64,000 nucleotides of DNA from Dehalococcoidia bacterium (GCA_963662615.2 CAXXSR010000001.1:1728001-1792000), one strand, 5' to 3'. Shown: positions 29,152-39,645, counted from the first letter of the stretch. A program made the numbers and translations. Notes: a model not told the origin generated them from the sequence alone.

Positions 29152-30564
29152 TCAGCCGCTGACGACCTCGGTGTCCGGCTGGAACGCCGCCCAGGCGAAC
29201 CAAAAGTGATCGGTGTGAACTTGGGCCTCCAGCTGAGCGCCGGCCAGCGGCCCCGCCACCGCCTCCCCAAAGATGTTCCAAATGGATCCGGTCTCCTCGT
29301 CGATGAAGGTCTGCTCGTCGTCTGGATTCGCCACGAAGCGGAGGAGCCGGCCGTTCACTTCGCGGGCGAAGACGCCCGTCGAGCCGACCTGACGACTCGT
29401 GTCGATGATGCCGCTCCCGAGCGACGTGGAGGCGCCGGGCGTCCAAAAGACGGCGATCTCCTTCCCCTTGCGCACGTCCTCGTAGACCCGCACCTGCGCC
29501 AGAAGGACGGAGGGATAGGCGACAAACTCATCGCCGAGGTCGAGCGTCACCACGCGCTCGAACGGGCTGAGCCGCGCATCCAACTCGCCGCGGAAAAGAA
29601 ACGGCTGCTGATCAATGCTGTCGTAACCAACGTAGGGATTCTGGCCGTAGCGGCCCTCCGCCGCGTAGCGCGGCTCGCTCAACCGGGACAGGACCAGCCC
29701 ATCCGGGAAGCTCTCGCGGAACTGCTTCCAGGAGACGATTCCGGCCGGGAGGATCGTCAGGCGGGCGCCCACCATGTCGCCCACGATCGCCTTGCCGCCG
29801 ATCTGCTGCCAGAGGCTCTCCGTCTGCCGATCCCACATCACGAGGTCGCTGAAACGGAGCAGGCCGGAGGTACCGAAATCGAGCGTCATCTCCCCGACCC
29901 GCCGGTCGAAGGCGATGGCGCTGTTGCAGAGAGGGCAGAACGTCACCGTGACCGGCACGCCCCCGACGACGTCGTTGACGATCTCATGCCAGGTAAGGAT
30001 GTCCAGACCGTAGGCGCGGACGTCACCGTTCAGCTCGAACTGGATCAGCGGAGAGTTGTCCACGTAGATCTCGTCCGCCGCCGCGACGTCGATGAACTTG
30101 GGGTCGTCCAGGGGGAGGATGCCGTCGCGCGGCGGCCCGCCCGCGAACAGCTCATCCAGCGCAATGATGTGGACGCCCCAGTTGGTCTTCCAGTCTTGGC
30201 TTGAACGCCCCGGGATGGCCTCTGGCGCTTCACGGATGATGCGGTCGCCATCCGGCGTGAATTCGGCATCCGCCGGAAGGAAGAGGAAGCGGTCGTCGTC
30301 GGCGCCGTCCGAAGACTCCTCGGGGCGCGCGGAGCCGACAGCTGTGTCGGCAGGCTCCGGTCGAGCGGGGGTCGCGGCCGGGTCTGGGATCTCGGGGCCC
30401 GGTATCGCCGTGTCTACCGCCCCCTCGTCCGCCGCTGGAGCGCTCTCCGGAGTCGCAGGTGCCCTCGTCCCGGAGGGATCGGCATCGCCGCTGGAGCCGC
30501 CGCAAGCCGCGGCCACGACTCCGATCGCCAGCAGGCCCCCGGCTACCAGGCGTCGAATCGGCAT
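29152..30564 (-). CDS. DUF3179-domain lipoprotein, copy 1
   Basis: Lipobox VAAAC-GG, GGPPRDGI, WHEIVND, TFCPLCNS, FGTSGLL, DRQTESLWQQ, FWFAW. Confidence 0.85.
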   Translation of the reverse strand: MPIRRLVAGGLLAIGVVAAACGGSSGDADPSGTRAPATPESAPAADEGAVDTAIPGPEIPDPAATPARPEPADTAVGSARPEESSDGADDDRFLFLPADAEFTPDGDRIIREAPEAIPGRSSQDWKTNWGVHIIALDELFAGGPPRDGILPLDDPKFIDVAAADEIYVDNSPLIQFELNGDVRAYGLDILTWHEIVNDVVGGVPVTVTFCPLCNSAIAFDRRVGEMTLDFGTSGLLRFSDLVMWDRQTESLWQQIGGKAIVGDMVGARLTILPAGIVSWKQFRESFPDGLVLSRLSEPRYAAEGRYGQNPYVGYDSIDQQPFLFRGELDARLSPFERVVTLDLGDEFVAYPSVLLAQVRVYEDVRKGKEIAVFWTPGASTSLGSGIIDTSRQVGSTGVFAREVNGRLLRFVANPDDEQTFIDEETGSIWNIFGEAVAGPLAGAQLEAQVHTDHFWFAWAAFQPDTEVVSG

Positions 30565-30773
30565 GCCGCAGCCCCCGCGCGGCGAATCGCCGCTCCTGAT
30601 CCAGGTACGACCCGCCCGGCCATCTGGACGCGCCAAATGAAGTTCAGGTCCCGTCAGCCGGAGACCGTGGCACGCCAGTACGAGCATGTAGATGCCGGTC
30701 ACTCCGACAAACAAGGCCACCCATTCCGCCCGCGCGAACGTCTCGGCGGCGGGTTCCACGATCCCGTCCAGGC

Positions 30774-32225
30774 TCACTCGCCCGCTCCGGCCGGCTCCGG
30801 CTCCGCAATGGTCACGTCAGGAAAGGCGCTGCGATAGGAAAACCAGTACGCCGTCCGCGTGGGTAGGGGAGTCAACTGCCGGCCTTGCAGGGCCCCATCG
30901 GTCGCGCGTCCAGCGAATGTCCACTCTGTGCCGGTCTCGCGGTCGCGGAACCCGTCCTCCGCCACGTCGAAGGTGAGGCGCTGCCCGTCAACGACCGGAT
31001 CGAAGGCGGCGCCGGTGGGGCCGTCCGCCGACGTGAAGACGACAACCGCGCGTCCGCCCACGTCATCGTTCACGGCCGCTGTGCCGAGCTGATTGAGGGG
31101 GTAGGCGCGCGACGCGGCGCCGACCTCCAGGCCCAAGACCAGCTCCGCCAAGTCCAGCCGCCTATCCGCCAGCACTTCTTCGGACACGGAGAAAGGGAGG
31201 CGCCCGGCGCTGACGATTTCGTCGTACTCCGCGAAGACGTCAACAGCGTAATTGCTGGGGAAGCCGGTGTTGTTGCTCAGAACCAGCGTGTCCGGATGCT
31301 CGCGCAGCCATGACGCCCACGGCATCATCACCGACGGCAACACCGTCAAGCGACTCCCGGTCAGCGGACCGATCACTGCCTTGCCAGCAACCTGGAACCA
31401 GTACGAGTTGGTTTGACGGTCGAACATGACCGCGTCGTTCTGATAAAGCGCGCTGGTATTGCCGAACGTCAGCCCCTCACCATCCACGACGCGGTCATAG
31501 ACCACAGCGCTGCGACACAGGGGACAGAAGGAGATCAGGACCGCGCGTCCGCCCAGCGTGTCATTCACGAACTCGTGGAATTGGAGAATGCCGATCGGAT
31601 AGGCGTAAGGGCGCCCGTCGTCGGCGACGTAGCCCAGCACGGTGGCTTCGTCCGGAAGATAAGAGGCTTCCTCCGCCGACACGTACTCAACCGTGCCCAC
31701 CTGCGCCTGCACCGATTCCGGGAGCAGATCGCGCGCCCCGTCCAGGGGCGGGATGACGTCGATAAGCGCGACGATCGTGGCCTCGTCGACCTCGGCCAGG
31801 GAGATCTTCGAACCGTTGAAGAGGTCGAACTCAATCTCCTCGAGATCGACGGAGCGGATGCTCGTGTCCAGGCCGGCGATGACGCCGCGACCGCCATCCG
31901 CGCGATCCTCGTCGGCTCCTTGCTCATCGGGAAGCCCTTGCTCATTCGGGAGCGTAGCGGGCGCTCCCGCGCCGTCCGCCGCGGACGGCGCTTCGACGGC
32001 CGCCGCGTCCCCCGAGGAACGGTCACTCTCGACGGGAGGGGTGGTCGCGGTCACGGGCGTCTCTCCCTGCGATTGTACGGGCGGGACGGCGGCGGCGATC
32101 CCGCCGGTTGAGGGCTCGTCGTCATCGCCGCCGCAGGCAGCGGCGATCATCGCAGCCGTGAGGCCGAGGACGAGGACGAGGACGAATCCGGGGCGGCGCG
32201 CTTCCCCAGCCCTGAGAAGGAGCAT
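30774..32225 (-). CDS. DUF3179-domain lipoprotein, copy 2
   Basis: Lipobox IAAAC-GGDDD, AYP...HEFVND, SFCPLCRS, FGNTSALY, DRQTNSYW, AYWFSY. Confidence 0.85.
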   Translation of the reverse strand: MLLLRAGEARRPGFVLVLVLGLTAAMIAAACGGDDDEPSTGGIAAAVPPVQSQGETPVTATTPPVESDRSSGDAAAVEAPSAADGAGAPATLPNEQGLPDEQGADEDRADGGRGVIAGLDTSIRSVDLEEIEFDLFNGSKISLAEVDEATIVALIDVIPPLDGARDLLPESVQAQVGTVEYVSAEEASYLPDEATVLGYVADDGRPYAYPIGILQFHEFVNDTLGGRAVLISFCPLCRSAVVYDRVVDGEGLTFGNTSALYQNDAVMFDRQTNSYWFQVAGKAVIGPLTGSRLTVLPSVMMPWASWLREHPDTLVLSNNTGFPSNYAVDVFAEYDEIVSAGRLPFSVSEEVLADRRLDLAELVLGLEVGAASRAYPLNQLGTAAVNDDVGGRAVVVFTSADGPTGAAFDPVVDGQRLTFDVAEDGFRDRETGTEWTFAGRATDGALQGRQLTPLPTRTAYWFSYRSAFPDVTIAEPEPAGAGE

Positions 32226-32312
32226 CTCCCAGAAGGTACGTGAGAGCCCGCTCCAGAGATTGCGGCGGGCAGGCGGCGAGGCGGCACGGGCAGGGCGCGG
32301 GAGTGCCCGAGC

Positions 32313-32338
32313 GCTTCTTGCAACTAGTTGCAAGAAGC
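32313..32338. promoter_or_regulatory. Perfect 26-bp palindrome, candidate metal-responsive repressor operator
   Basis: GCTTCTTGCAACTAGTTGCAAGAAGC, AT-rich in a GC-rich background, between the divergent DUF3179 and metal-ABC genes. Confidence 0.7.
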
Positions 32339-32433
32339 CCTCCTTCCAGCTACCTTCTGCGCGGTATCGCCTGCTCCCGGCGCGATCGGAGGCCCCTCCT
32401 GCGACCGGCGCGGGGGTCCGGAGTGGAGATGAC

Positions 32434-33483
32434 GTGCTCGTACGGCCTCAGCGCGCCCGGCTCCTGCTGTGGCGGTCGCTCGTGATTCCGCTGGTCGTGG
32501 CGGCTGTGGCCGTCGCGGGCTGCTCGGAGAGAGGCGACGATCCCGGCGGCGTGCCGGTGGCGGCGCAGGGAGGGGCGCCCGTCCGCGTCGTCACGACCGT
32601 ATCGCCGCTGCGCAGCATCGCCGAGAACGTCGGAGGCGACCGGGTGGTGGTCGTCGGGCTGGTGCCGGAAGGGACCAACGCTCACACCTTCGAACCGCCG
32701 CCGTCGGCAGCGCGCGAGATCGGCGCGGCGGATCTGATCGTGGTCAACGGCCTCAACCTGGAGCTTCCCACCATGGAGCTGGCGACCGCGAACGCTCGCG
32801 ACGGCGTGCCGATCTTGCGGCTGGGTAACAACACGATCTCGCCCGAGGAGTACGTTTTCGACTTCTCGTTCCCCCCGACTGAAGGGAACCCCAACCCCCA
32901 CCTGTGGACCGCTCCGCACCTGGCCGCTCGCTACGCGCAGCTCGTGGCGGACGCGCTCGCAGGCGTCGATCCGGATGGCGCCGCCTATTACGAAGCGAAC
33001 GCGGTTCGCTTCCGCGATCGCTTGGAGGAGCTGGACGCGCTCTTCTTCACCGCGACGGCGACGATACCAGAGCAGGACCGCAAGCTGCTCACATATCACG
33101 ACTCGTTCCCCTTCTTCGCGGCGCGCTACGGACTGGAGATCATTGGCGCGGTCCAGCCGTCGGATTTCTCTGAACCGTCGCCTCGGGATGTGGCCGGCCT
33201 GATCCGGCAGATTCGGGAGGCCGGCGTCCCAGCGATCTTCGGCTCGGAGGTCTTCCCGAGCGAGGTGCTGGAGCTGATTGCGTCCGAGGCGGGAGCGGTT
33301 CAGGTGAACTCGGTCCGTGACGACGATCTGCCCGGTGATCCGGGCGATCCCGACAACACCTACGTCGCCATGATGGTCGAGAACGTGCGCACCATCGTCA
33401 CGGCCTTGGGCGGAGACGCGAGCGCACTGGCGGGCTTCAACGTCGGCGCCACCTGGATTCCGTTCGCACGATTCGAAGGATGA
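32434..33483 (+). CDS. Zn/Mn ABC transporter substrate-binding lipoprotein (ZnuA/TroA family)
   Basis: Lipobox VAGC; metal ligands AHTFEP, NPHLW, YHDSF. GTG start follows GGAG. Confidence 0.9.
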   Translation: MLVRPQRARLLLWRSLVIPLVVAAVAVAGCSERGDDPGGVPVAAQGGAPVRVVTTVSPLRSIAENVGGDRVVVVGLVPEGTNAHTFEPPPSAAREIGAADLIVVNGLNLELPTMELATANARDGVPILRLGNNTISPEEYVFDFSFPPTEGNPNPHLWTAPHLAARYAQLVADALAGVDPDGAAYYEANAVRFRDRLEELDALFFTATATIPEQDRKLLTYHDSFPFFAARYGLEIIGAVQPSDFSEPSPRDVAGLIRQIREAGVPAIFGSEVFPSEVLELIASEAGAVQVNSVRDDDLPGDPGDPDNTYVAMMVENVRTIVTALGGDASALAGFNVGATWIPFARFEG

Positions 33484-33487
33484 TGCC

Positions 33488-34417
33488 GTGAGCGAGCCGC
33501 CCCTGACGCCGCGACCGGTGGAGCACGGCCCGCCGCCCGACCTGGCCACGCGCGATCCGCTCGTGACCATGCAGGGAGTGAGCACAGGCTATGACGGCAC
33601 GCGAGCGCTGCGCGAGGTGAGCCTGACGGTGCATCGGGGCGAGTTCATTGGCATCGTTGGCCCCAGCGGAGCGGGCAAGACCACGCTCCTGCGCGCCATC
33701 CTGGATCAGGTTGACCGCTATGCCGGTCGCATCGAGCGGCACCCGCGGGCGCAGCGCGGCTCGCTGCGGGTGGGCTATGTACCCCAGGTGGAGACGGTGG
33801 ATTGGAACTTCCCTATTACGGTCGAGCAGGTCGTCCTGCTCGGTCGTTGGCGGGAGCAGGGCTGGCAGCCTTGGCCGCGAGCAAAAGATCGCCGCCTCGT
33901 CCACCAGGTGCTGGAGCGACTGGGCATCGCCGAACTGGCCAAGCGCCCCATCCGCGCGCTCTCCGGCGGCCAGCAGCAACGCGCCTTCCTGGCGCGCGCC
34001 CTGATAGGCGACCCGGACCTCCTCCTGCTCGACGAGCCGACGAGCGGCGTCGACATCAAGACGCGCCACGAAGTGATGCATCTCCTCGGAGAGCTGAACC
34101 GTGCCGGGACGTCCATTCTGCTGACCACGCACGATCTGAACGCCGTCGCCACACATCTGCCACGGCTCGTCTGCATTGGCGCAGGCACCGTGATTGCGGA
34201 TGGCCCGCCGGCATCGGTGCTGACCCCGGAGGTGCTGCGGCGCGCGTACGGCGCGGACATGCTGGTCCTGCGGCGCGGCCGCACAATCTACGTCGTGGAG
34301 CACCCCGACGAAGCGCCGGACGCGCCGTCCCAGGCGGACAGGGACGGCGGCGACACCGAGACGGCCACTGCGATTGCGATCGAGGCGTCCGGCGGACGCG
34401 CGGATCACAATGTTTGA
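33488..34417 (+). CDS. Zn/Mn ABC transporter ATPase (ZnuC-like)
   Basis: GPSGAGKTT, GYVPQ...DWNFPITV, LSGGQQQR, LDEPTSGVD. Confidence 0.9.
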   Translation: MSEPPLTPRPVEHGPPPDLATRDPLVTMQGVSTGYDGTRALREVSLTVHRGEFIGIVGPSGAGKTTLLRAILDQVDRYAGRIERHPRAQRGSLRVGYVPQVETVDWNFPITVEQVVLLGRWREQGWQPWPRAKDRRLVHQVLERLGIAELAKRPIRALSGGQQQRAFLARALIGDPDLLLLDEPTSGVDIKTRHEVMHLLGELNRAGTSILLTTHDLNAVATHLPRLVCIGAGTVIADGPPASVLTPEVLRRAYGADMLVLRRGRTIYVVEHPDEAPDAPSQADRDGGDTETATAIAIEASGGRADHNV

Positions 34418-35279
34418 GCCGTTCGAGTTCGACTTCATGGTGCGCGCCATGGTCGCCGCCAGCCTGGTGGGCGCCCTGACCGGCGCGGTCGGCGTCTTCG
34501 TGGTCCTGCGACGCCTCGCCTATATTGGCCACGGCCTCGCGCACAGCATCTTCGGCGGAGCCGTGGTCTCGTTCGTCTTGGGGATTAACTTCTACGTCGG
34601 CGCGACCCTCTGGGGCGGGATGTCCGCCTTCCTGATCAACCTTGCCGCGCGGCGACGGCAGATCGGTGGGGATGCCGCTGTGGGCATCATCACCACGTCG
34701 GCGTTCGCGGTGGGCGTGGCGCTGATCAGCCGGGAGCGCACGTTCACCCGTGACTTTGAGGCGGCGCTTTTTGGCGAGATCCTCGGCATCACCCAAGCCG
34801 ACGTCTGGGTCATCCTCGGGGTAGGGACCATGGTCGCGGCGCTCTTCTTCATCTGGTGGAAGCAGCTCGTCTTCACCACATTCGATCGCGAGATGGCCGG
34901 CGCCTATGGCGTGCCGGTGCAGTGGGTTGAGACGGTCTTCGCCCTTGTGCTGGCCGCCACGGTGATCGCGTCGCTTCAGGTCCTGGGCGTGACGCTGATC
35001 GCCGCCGCGCTGGTGATACCGCCGGTCACGGCGCGGCTGCTCACGGACTCCTTCCCGCGTCTCTTCCTGCTGTCCGTATGTATCGGGACGGTTGCAGGGT
35101 TCTTCGGCGTCTACCTGTCGTGGTTCGTGGACGTCTCCTCCGGCGCCACGGTCGTCCTCTTGCAAGCGGCGATTTTCACTCTGGTGCTAGCCTACGCCTC
35201 GGCGCGCTCGCGCCGGCTGCGGCGTGATCTGCGGCGGACGGAGCGACTCGCCGGTTTGGAGCGCGCCGTTTACGAGTGA
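34410..35279 (+). CDS. Zn/Mn ABC transporter permease (ZnuB-like)
   Basis: MFEPFEFDFMVRA, GVFVVLRRLAYIGHGLAH, LFGEILG, DVSSGATVV. Confidence 0.9.
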   Translation: MFEPFEFDFMVRAMVAASLVGALTGAVGVFVVLRRLAYIGHGLAHSIFGGAVVSFVLGINFYVGATLWGGMSAFLINLAARRRQIGGDAAVGIITTSAFAVGVALISRERTFTRDFEAALFGEILGITQADVWVILGVGTMVAALFFIWWKQLVFTTFDREMAGAYGVPVQWVETVFALVLAATVIASLQVLGVTLIAAALVIPPVTARLLTDSFPRLFLLSVCIGTVAGFFGVYLSWFVDVSSGATVVLLQAAIFTLVLAYASARSRRLRRDLRRTERLAGLERAVYE

Positions 35280-35327
35280 AGGGCGGTCGGCGGGGCCTTG
35301 CGGGCGTAGCCGACGGAGGAAGCGCGC

Positions 35328-35690
35328 ATGGCAGATGATGAAGTCCTAGCGGCCAATGCCGCGTTCTACGCGGCCTTCAACGAGCGTGATGTCCACGGCA
35401 TGGCCGGCCTCTGGGCGCGGCGGGCCACGGTCACCTGCGTCCATCCGCACTGGGATTTGTTGAGCGGCCGCGATGCGGTCATGAAGAGCTGGACCGCAAT
35501 CCTGGAGAACCCGGCGCAGCTCCCCATTGTCGGGGCGGTGGACACGACGCAGGTCCTGGGAGAGGTCGCCCTGGTGGTCGGGCGTGAGATCGCAGGGGGC
35601 AGCCCCATTGCGGCGACCAACGTGTTCGTCCGAGAAGGGGACGCCTGGAAGATTCTGCACCACCACGCGAGCCCCGTCCGATTGCGATAG
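35328..35690 (+). CDS. NTF2/SnoaL-like protein
   Basis: AANAAFYAAF, CVHP, ATNVF, WKILHHHAS; GGAGG RBS. Confidence 0.82.
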   Translation: MADDEVLAANAAFYAAFNERDVHGMAGLWARRATVTCVHPHWDLLSGRDAVMKSWTAILENPAQLPIVGAVDTTQVLGEVALVVGREIAGGSPIAATNVFVREGDAWKILHHHASPVRLR

Positions 35691-35819
35691 ACGTAGTGAT
35701 AGGCGGATGGGCAGGTGCTAACGTCGCTGCCGACGCCGCCGAAGCCGCTGATCGACGAGCCCGCCAAGGTCGGCAGGAACGGCGTCGAGCGCTCGTAACA
35801 CCGACAAAGAGAGGCGGCC

Positions 35820-36872
35820 ATGCGCAGTCCTCGGACCTTCTTCCAACCCCGCGCCCAGGGAGCGCCCGCGCCGCTGACGTCGATCCCGGTCCATGCAGCG
35901 CGCATGATCCACTTCATTGACCCCAGCAACGCCAAGCTTCTCCAGCGCGTGCCCCAGCTTATTCAGGAGGTAGACGTCCTCCTGGGCAATCTGGAGGACG
36001 GCGTCCCGATTGATCGGAAAGAGAGCGCACGCGACGGGTTGATCGCGCTGGCGCGAGCCAACGACTTCGGCGACACGAAGCTGTGGGCACGGGTGAACGG
36101 GCTGGACACCGCTTGGTTCCTGGATGACGCGCTGTCCTTGGTGGCGGGGATCGGCGAGCGGCTTGATGTGATCATGCTGCCCAAGGTGAACGGACCCTGG
36201 GATATCCACTTCATCGATCAGCTGCTCGCGCAGTTGGAGGCCAAGCATCACCTGCAGCGGCCCATCCTGATTCATGCCCTGCTGGAAACGGCCGAGGGTG
36301 TCACCAACGTCGAGGCGATCGCCGCTGCCAGCCCCCGGCTCCAAGGCATGAGCCTGGGCCCGGCGGACCTGGCCGCCTCGCGGCGGATGAAGACCACCCG
36401 CGTCGGCGGAGGCCATCCGGGCTACTTGGTCCGGGCCGATCGCGACCCCGACAAGCCGGAAGCGCCCCGATCGGTCGCGCAACAGGATCTCTGGCACTAC
36501 ACTTTGGCCAGGATGGTGGACGCCTGCGCCGCCAACGGGATCCTGCCATTTTACGGGCCCTTCGGTGATTTCCAGGATGACCAAGGCTGTGAGGATCAGT
36601 TCCGCAACGCCTTCATCCTCGGCTGCGCGGGCGCCTGGACGCTGCACCCCCGGCAGATTCCCATCGCCAAACGGGTCTTTCGGCCCGACCCCAAAGACGT
36701 CGCCTTCGCCCTCCGGGTCGTGGAGACAATGGTCGACGGGTCCGGCGTGGCCGTCGTGGATGGCAAACTCCAGGACGACGCCACCCACAAACAGTGCCAA
36801 GTCCTGCTGGAAACGGCGAAGCTGATCGCAAGCAAGGACCCAGAAGCGGCGGCGCTGTACGGCTTCAAGTAG
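35820..36872 (+). CDS. mcl: Malyl-CoA/beta-methylmalyl-CoA/citramalyl-CoA lyase (CitE family)
   Basis: [63 protein letters not shown] resemble the Chloroflexus-type MMC lyase. Confidence 0.85.
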   Translation: MRSPRTFFQPRAQGAPAPLTSIPVHAARMIHFIDPSNAKLLQRVPQLIQEVDVLLGNLEDGVPIDRKESARDGLIALARANDFGDTKLWARVNGLDTAWFLDDALSLVAGIGERLDVIMLPKVNGPWDIHFIDQLLAQLEAKHHLQRPILIHALLETAEGVTNVEAIAAASPRLQGMSLGPADLAASRRMKTTRVGGGHPGYLVRADRDPDKPEAPRSVAQQDLWHYTLARMVDACAANGILPFYGPFGDFQDDQGCEDQFRNAFILGCAGAWTLHPRQIPIAKRVFRPDPKDVAFALRVVETMVDGSGVAVVDGKLQDDATHKQCQVLLETAKLIASKDPEAAALYGFK

Positions 36873-36882
36873 TGATGGCCGC

Positions 36883-39645
36883 CTAAAGGGCGCGGCCGCG
36901 GTCCACGTCCTTCACCGACGGTTGCTTCACGATCCACGCCACGATCTGGCGCCAGTAGTGGCTGAGCACGTACTGCCCGACCATGGCGCCCAGGACGGCG
37001 GGAATGACGACGCTCCATTCGCTCGCGCCCACAGTGCCGAAGCGGAAGAAGCTCTGTAGCCACGGGGTGTAGATGGTCAGGATGAAGAGGCCCAACAGGA
37101 CCACGCCGGCGATGGTGGTGATGAGGGGCCGCCGCAGGGCCGACAAGCTCGCGCCCCGCCTTACGCCCTCGAAGCCCACCACCTGGACCATGAAGTAGAG
37201 ACCCATAATGCCAACGGTCAGCGCAACGAGCGTGCGCGAGTCGTCCGTGGGACGGTTCAGGAACCCCCCCCACAGGAGGTGCACAGAGATCGCCGCGGCC
37301 GCCAGCGCCAAGGACGCCGGCAGCGCGAAGCGCAGAACGGAGTTCGTGAAGTCTCGACCAGCCTGGCGGGGCGGCGTGGTCGCCGCAATGAAGATTGAGG
37401 GAATCCCCAACGTGAAGAGCGCCGTCAAGGAACCCTGCCGGGGCAGGAAGGGGAACTCCAGCCCCAGCATTTGCGTCGCGACGATCAGGAGGTAGGCGTA
37501 AAAGCTCTTGATGATGAACAGCTTGCTCAACTGCGTGCTGTTCCCCAAGACGTTCTGCGATTCCGCCGTCGCCTCCACGAAGGCCGTGAAAGAATCGTCG
37601 ATCAGGACGATCCCCGACACGGCCCGCGCGGTCTGGCTGCCCGATTCCATGGCCACGGCAACGTCCGCGATGCGCAAGGCGCGGACGTCGTTGGCCCCGT
37701 CTCCCACCATCGCCACGAAGTGCTTGCGCTCCTTCAGCGCCGTGATGATGCGCCCTTTCTGAGCAGGCGCAATGCGGCCAAACACGCTGTACTCGTCTAC
37801 GGCCCGCCCGAACTCGTCCTCTGGAAGAGCGTCCAGCTCGGCGCCGGAAATGGCCCCGCCCTTGAGCTTGATACCGAGCTGACGGATGAGCGCCAGCACC
37901 GTCTCCGGGTTGTCGCCGCTGATGATCTTGGGCTCTACCTCCAGTTCCTCCATGCGGGCGAAGGCGGTCGTCACCTCGGGGCGAAGCACATCCGCGAGTG
38001 TGAGCAGGGCGAGCGCCTTCAGTGGAGGAAGCCCGGCTTCGGGATCGGGGAGGACCCCGGCCTCCGCGAAGATGACGCCGCGGAGCCCGCCCGCCGCGAT
38101 CCTGCTGTAGATCTCGTCGAGCCCTTCGGCGCCCTCAGAGTGGGGCAGGACGGTCTCGGGCGCGCCCAGCACGAAGACTCGCCGCCGCCCTGCCAGCTCC
38201 AGCTCGAGCGCGCTCCAGCGCCGTTCGGAATTGAACGGGACTCCGCCGCGGGGCTGAGCACCATTCGCCGACTCCGCCACCGCTTCGGCGAGCGCGGCGG
38301 CCGTGCCGCTCTCTGCGGCCGTCGCTGCGGCGAAGGCGCCAAGCCAAGGTCGCATCGGTTCCGCGCCCGCAACCCAATGCAGGTCGCGCAGGGTGAGCTT
38401 GTTGGCCGTGATCGTACCCGTCTTGTCCATGCAGACCACGTCGACGTAGTTCATGGCTTCGACGGCCGCGATGTCTTGGACGATGGCGCCCCGGCGAGAG
38501 AGCCGCAGCGCACCCACGGAAAACGCCACCGTCAGCCCCAGCAGCAGCCCTTCCGGCACCACGGCGGAGATCAGAGCGGTGGTGTCCTTGATGGCCTCGG
38601 TGAATTCTTTATTGTCGCTAATACTGGCGCGGATGAGCAGCAGCGCGCCCAGGACGGCCGTGGCCATGAGCAGCAGGCGCAGGACGCGGCGAAAGCGGAG
38701 CTGGAGGGGGGTCTGCCTTCGCACCAGCTCCCGCGCGTCCGCGGTGAGCCGCATCACGTAGGAGTCAGCGCCGACTGTCTCAGCGGTGTAGTAGGCGCTG
38801 CCGGCCGTGCAGAAACTGCCGGAACGCACCTCGTCGCCTCTGCGCTTGCGGACCGATTCTGCTTCGCCGGTAAGCAGCGATTCGTCGATCTCCGCCGTCT
38901 CGTGCACGATGTGCCCGTCGGCGACGACCTGGTCACCTGGGTGGAGCCGGAGCAGGTCGCCCTGGACCACATCGCTGGCGGGGACGCTCCTCTCCTCGCC
39001 ATCGCGGATGACGGTGGACTGCGGCGCGCTCAAGGCCACGATCTCCCGCAACTTGCGGGTGGCGCGGATCTCCAGGAACGTCGCGAGGACCACGTTCGCC
39101 ACCACCACGATGCCCACGAAACCGGCGTCCTGGGCGTGCCCTTTGCCTCTGTCCAAGAAGGCCAGCACCAACAGCACCAGGATCAGCGACCCCAAAATCA
39201 CATTGAAGAAAGTGAGCGCGTTGTCGCGGATGATCTCGCGGTCGCGACGCTCGTGTCGGGCAACGACGTTGCGGAGGCCGCGGGCGGCCCGGTCGGCGGC
39301 TTCCGCCACCGTCAAGCCCGTCAGCGATGGTGCGGGCTCCGGTTCGAGCGCCGGCCTGGGTCCCGGTCTCGGGACCGGCTCGCCGCCCCCTGGCGCCGGG
39401 GCGGCCGTGCCTTCGCGCTGCCTCTGCGGCGGCGACGGCGCTTCGACCGTCGCGCCGTCGCTCTCCTCCGGCCCCGCTGCGTCCTCAACGGCGGGCGCAC
39501 TGCCGGTGGGAGCGCTGTCGGTGGGGGTGGCCGCAGGCGGCGGACCCTCCCCAGTTGGGCCGGTACGCGGCAGCGGAGCCTGTTGCAGCGGCTCTTGTCC
39601 CTCTTCCAGCGCGGCCAGATCGAAGAGCGGATCGTCTTTCTTCAT
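36883..39645 (-). CDS. P-type cation-transporting ATPase (CtpE-like) with Pro-rich N-terminal extension
   Basis: DESLLTGE, VPEGL, DKTGT phosphorylation site, ISGDN, MVGDGAND. Confidence 0.9.
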   Translation of the reverse strand: MKKDDPLFDLAALEEGQEPLQQAPLPRTGPTGEGPPPAATPTDSAPTGSAPAVEDAAGPEESDGATVEAPSPPQRQREGTAAPAPGGGEPVPRPGPRPALEPEPAPSLTGLTVAEAADRAARGLRNVVARHERRDREIIRDNALTFFNVILGSLILVLLVLAFLDRGKGHAQDAGFVGIVVVANVVLATFLEIRATRKLREIVALSAPQSTVIRDGEERSVPASDVVQGDLLRLHPGDQVVADGHIVHETAEIDESLLTGEAESVRKRRGDEVRSGSFCTAGSAYYTAETVGADSYVMRLTADARELVRRQTPLQLRFRRVLRLLLMATAVLGALLLIRASISDNKEFTEAIKDTTALISAVVPEGLLLGLTVAFSVGALRLSRRGAIVQDIAAVEAMNYVDVVCMDKTGTITANKLTLRDLHWVAGAEPMRPWLGAFAAATAAESGTAAALAEAVAESANGAQPRGGVPFNSERRWSALELELAGRRRVFVLGAPETVLPHSEGAEGLDEIYSRIAAGGLRGVIFAEAGVLPDPEAGLPPLKALALLTLADVLRPEVTTAFARMEELEVEPKIISGDNPETVLALIRQLGIKLKGGAISGAELDALPEDEFGRAVDEYSVFGRIAPAQKGRIITALKERKHFVAMVGDGANDVRALRIADVAVAMESGSQTARAVSGIVLIDDSFTAFVEATAESQNVLGNSTQLSKLFIIKSFYAYLLIVATQMLGLEFPFLPRQGSLTALFTLGIPSIFIAATTPPRQAGRDFTNSVLRFALPASLALAAAAISVHLLWGGFLNRPTDDSRTLVALTVGIMGLYFMVQVVGFEGVRRGASLSALRRPLITTIAGVVLLGLFILTIYTPWLQSFFRFGTVGASEWSVVIPAVLGAMVGQYVLSHYWRQIVAWIVKQPSVKDVDRGRAL

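Noticed and set aside
30565-30777. 71-codon in-frame extension ahead of the DUF3179 copy 1 signal peptide, coupled to the copy 2 stop
   Set aside because: It has one hydrophobic stretch, but a complete lipoprotein signal begins at 30564; I cannot support it as coding.
29152-32225. Selenocysteine recoding in the DUF3179 proteins
   Set aside because: Both CxxC motifs use Cys codons and there is no in-frame TGA.
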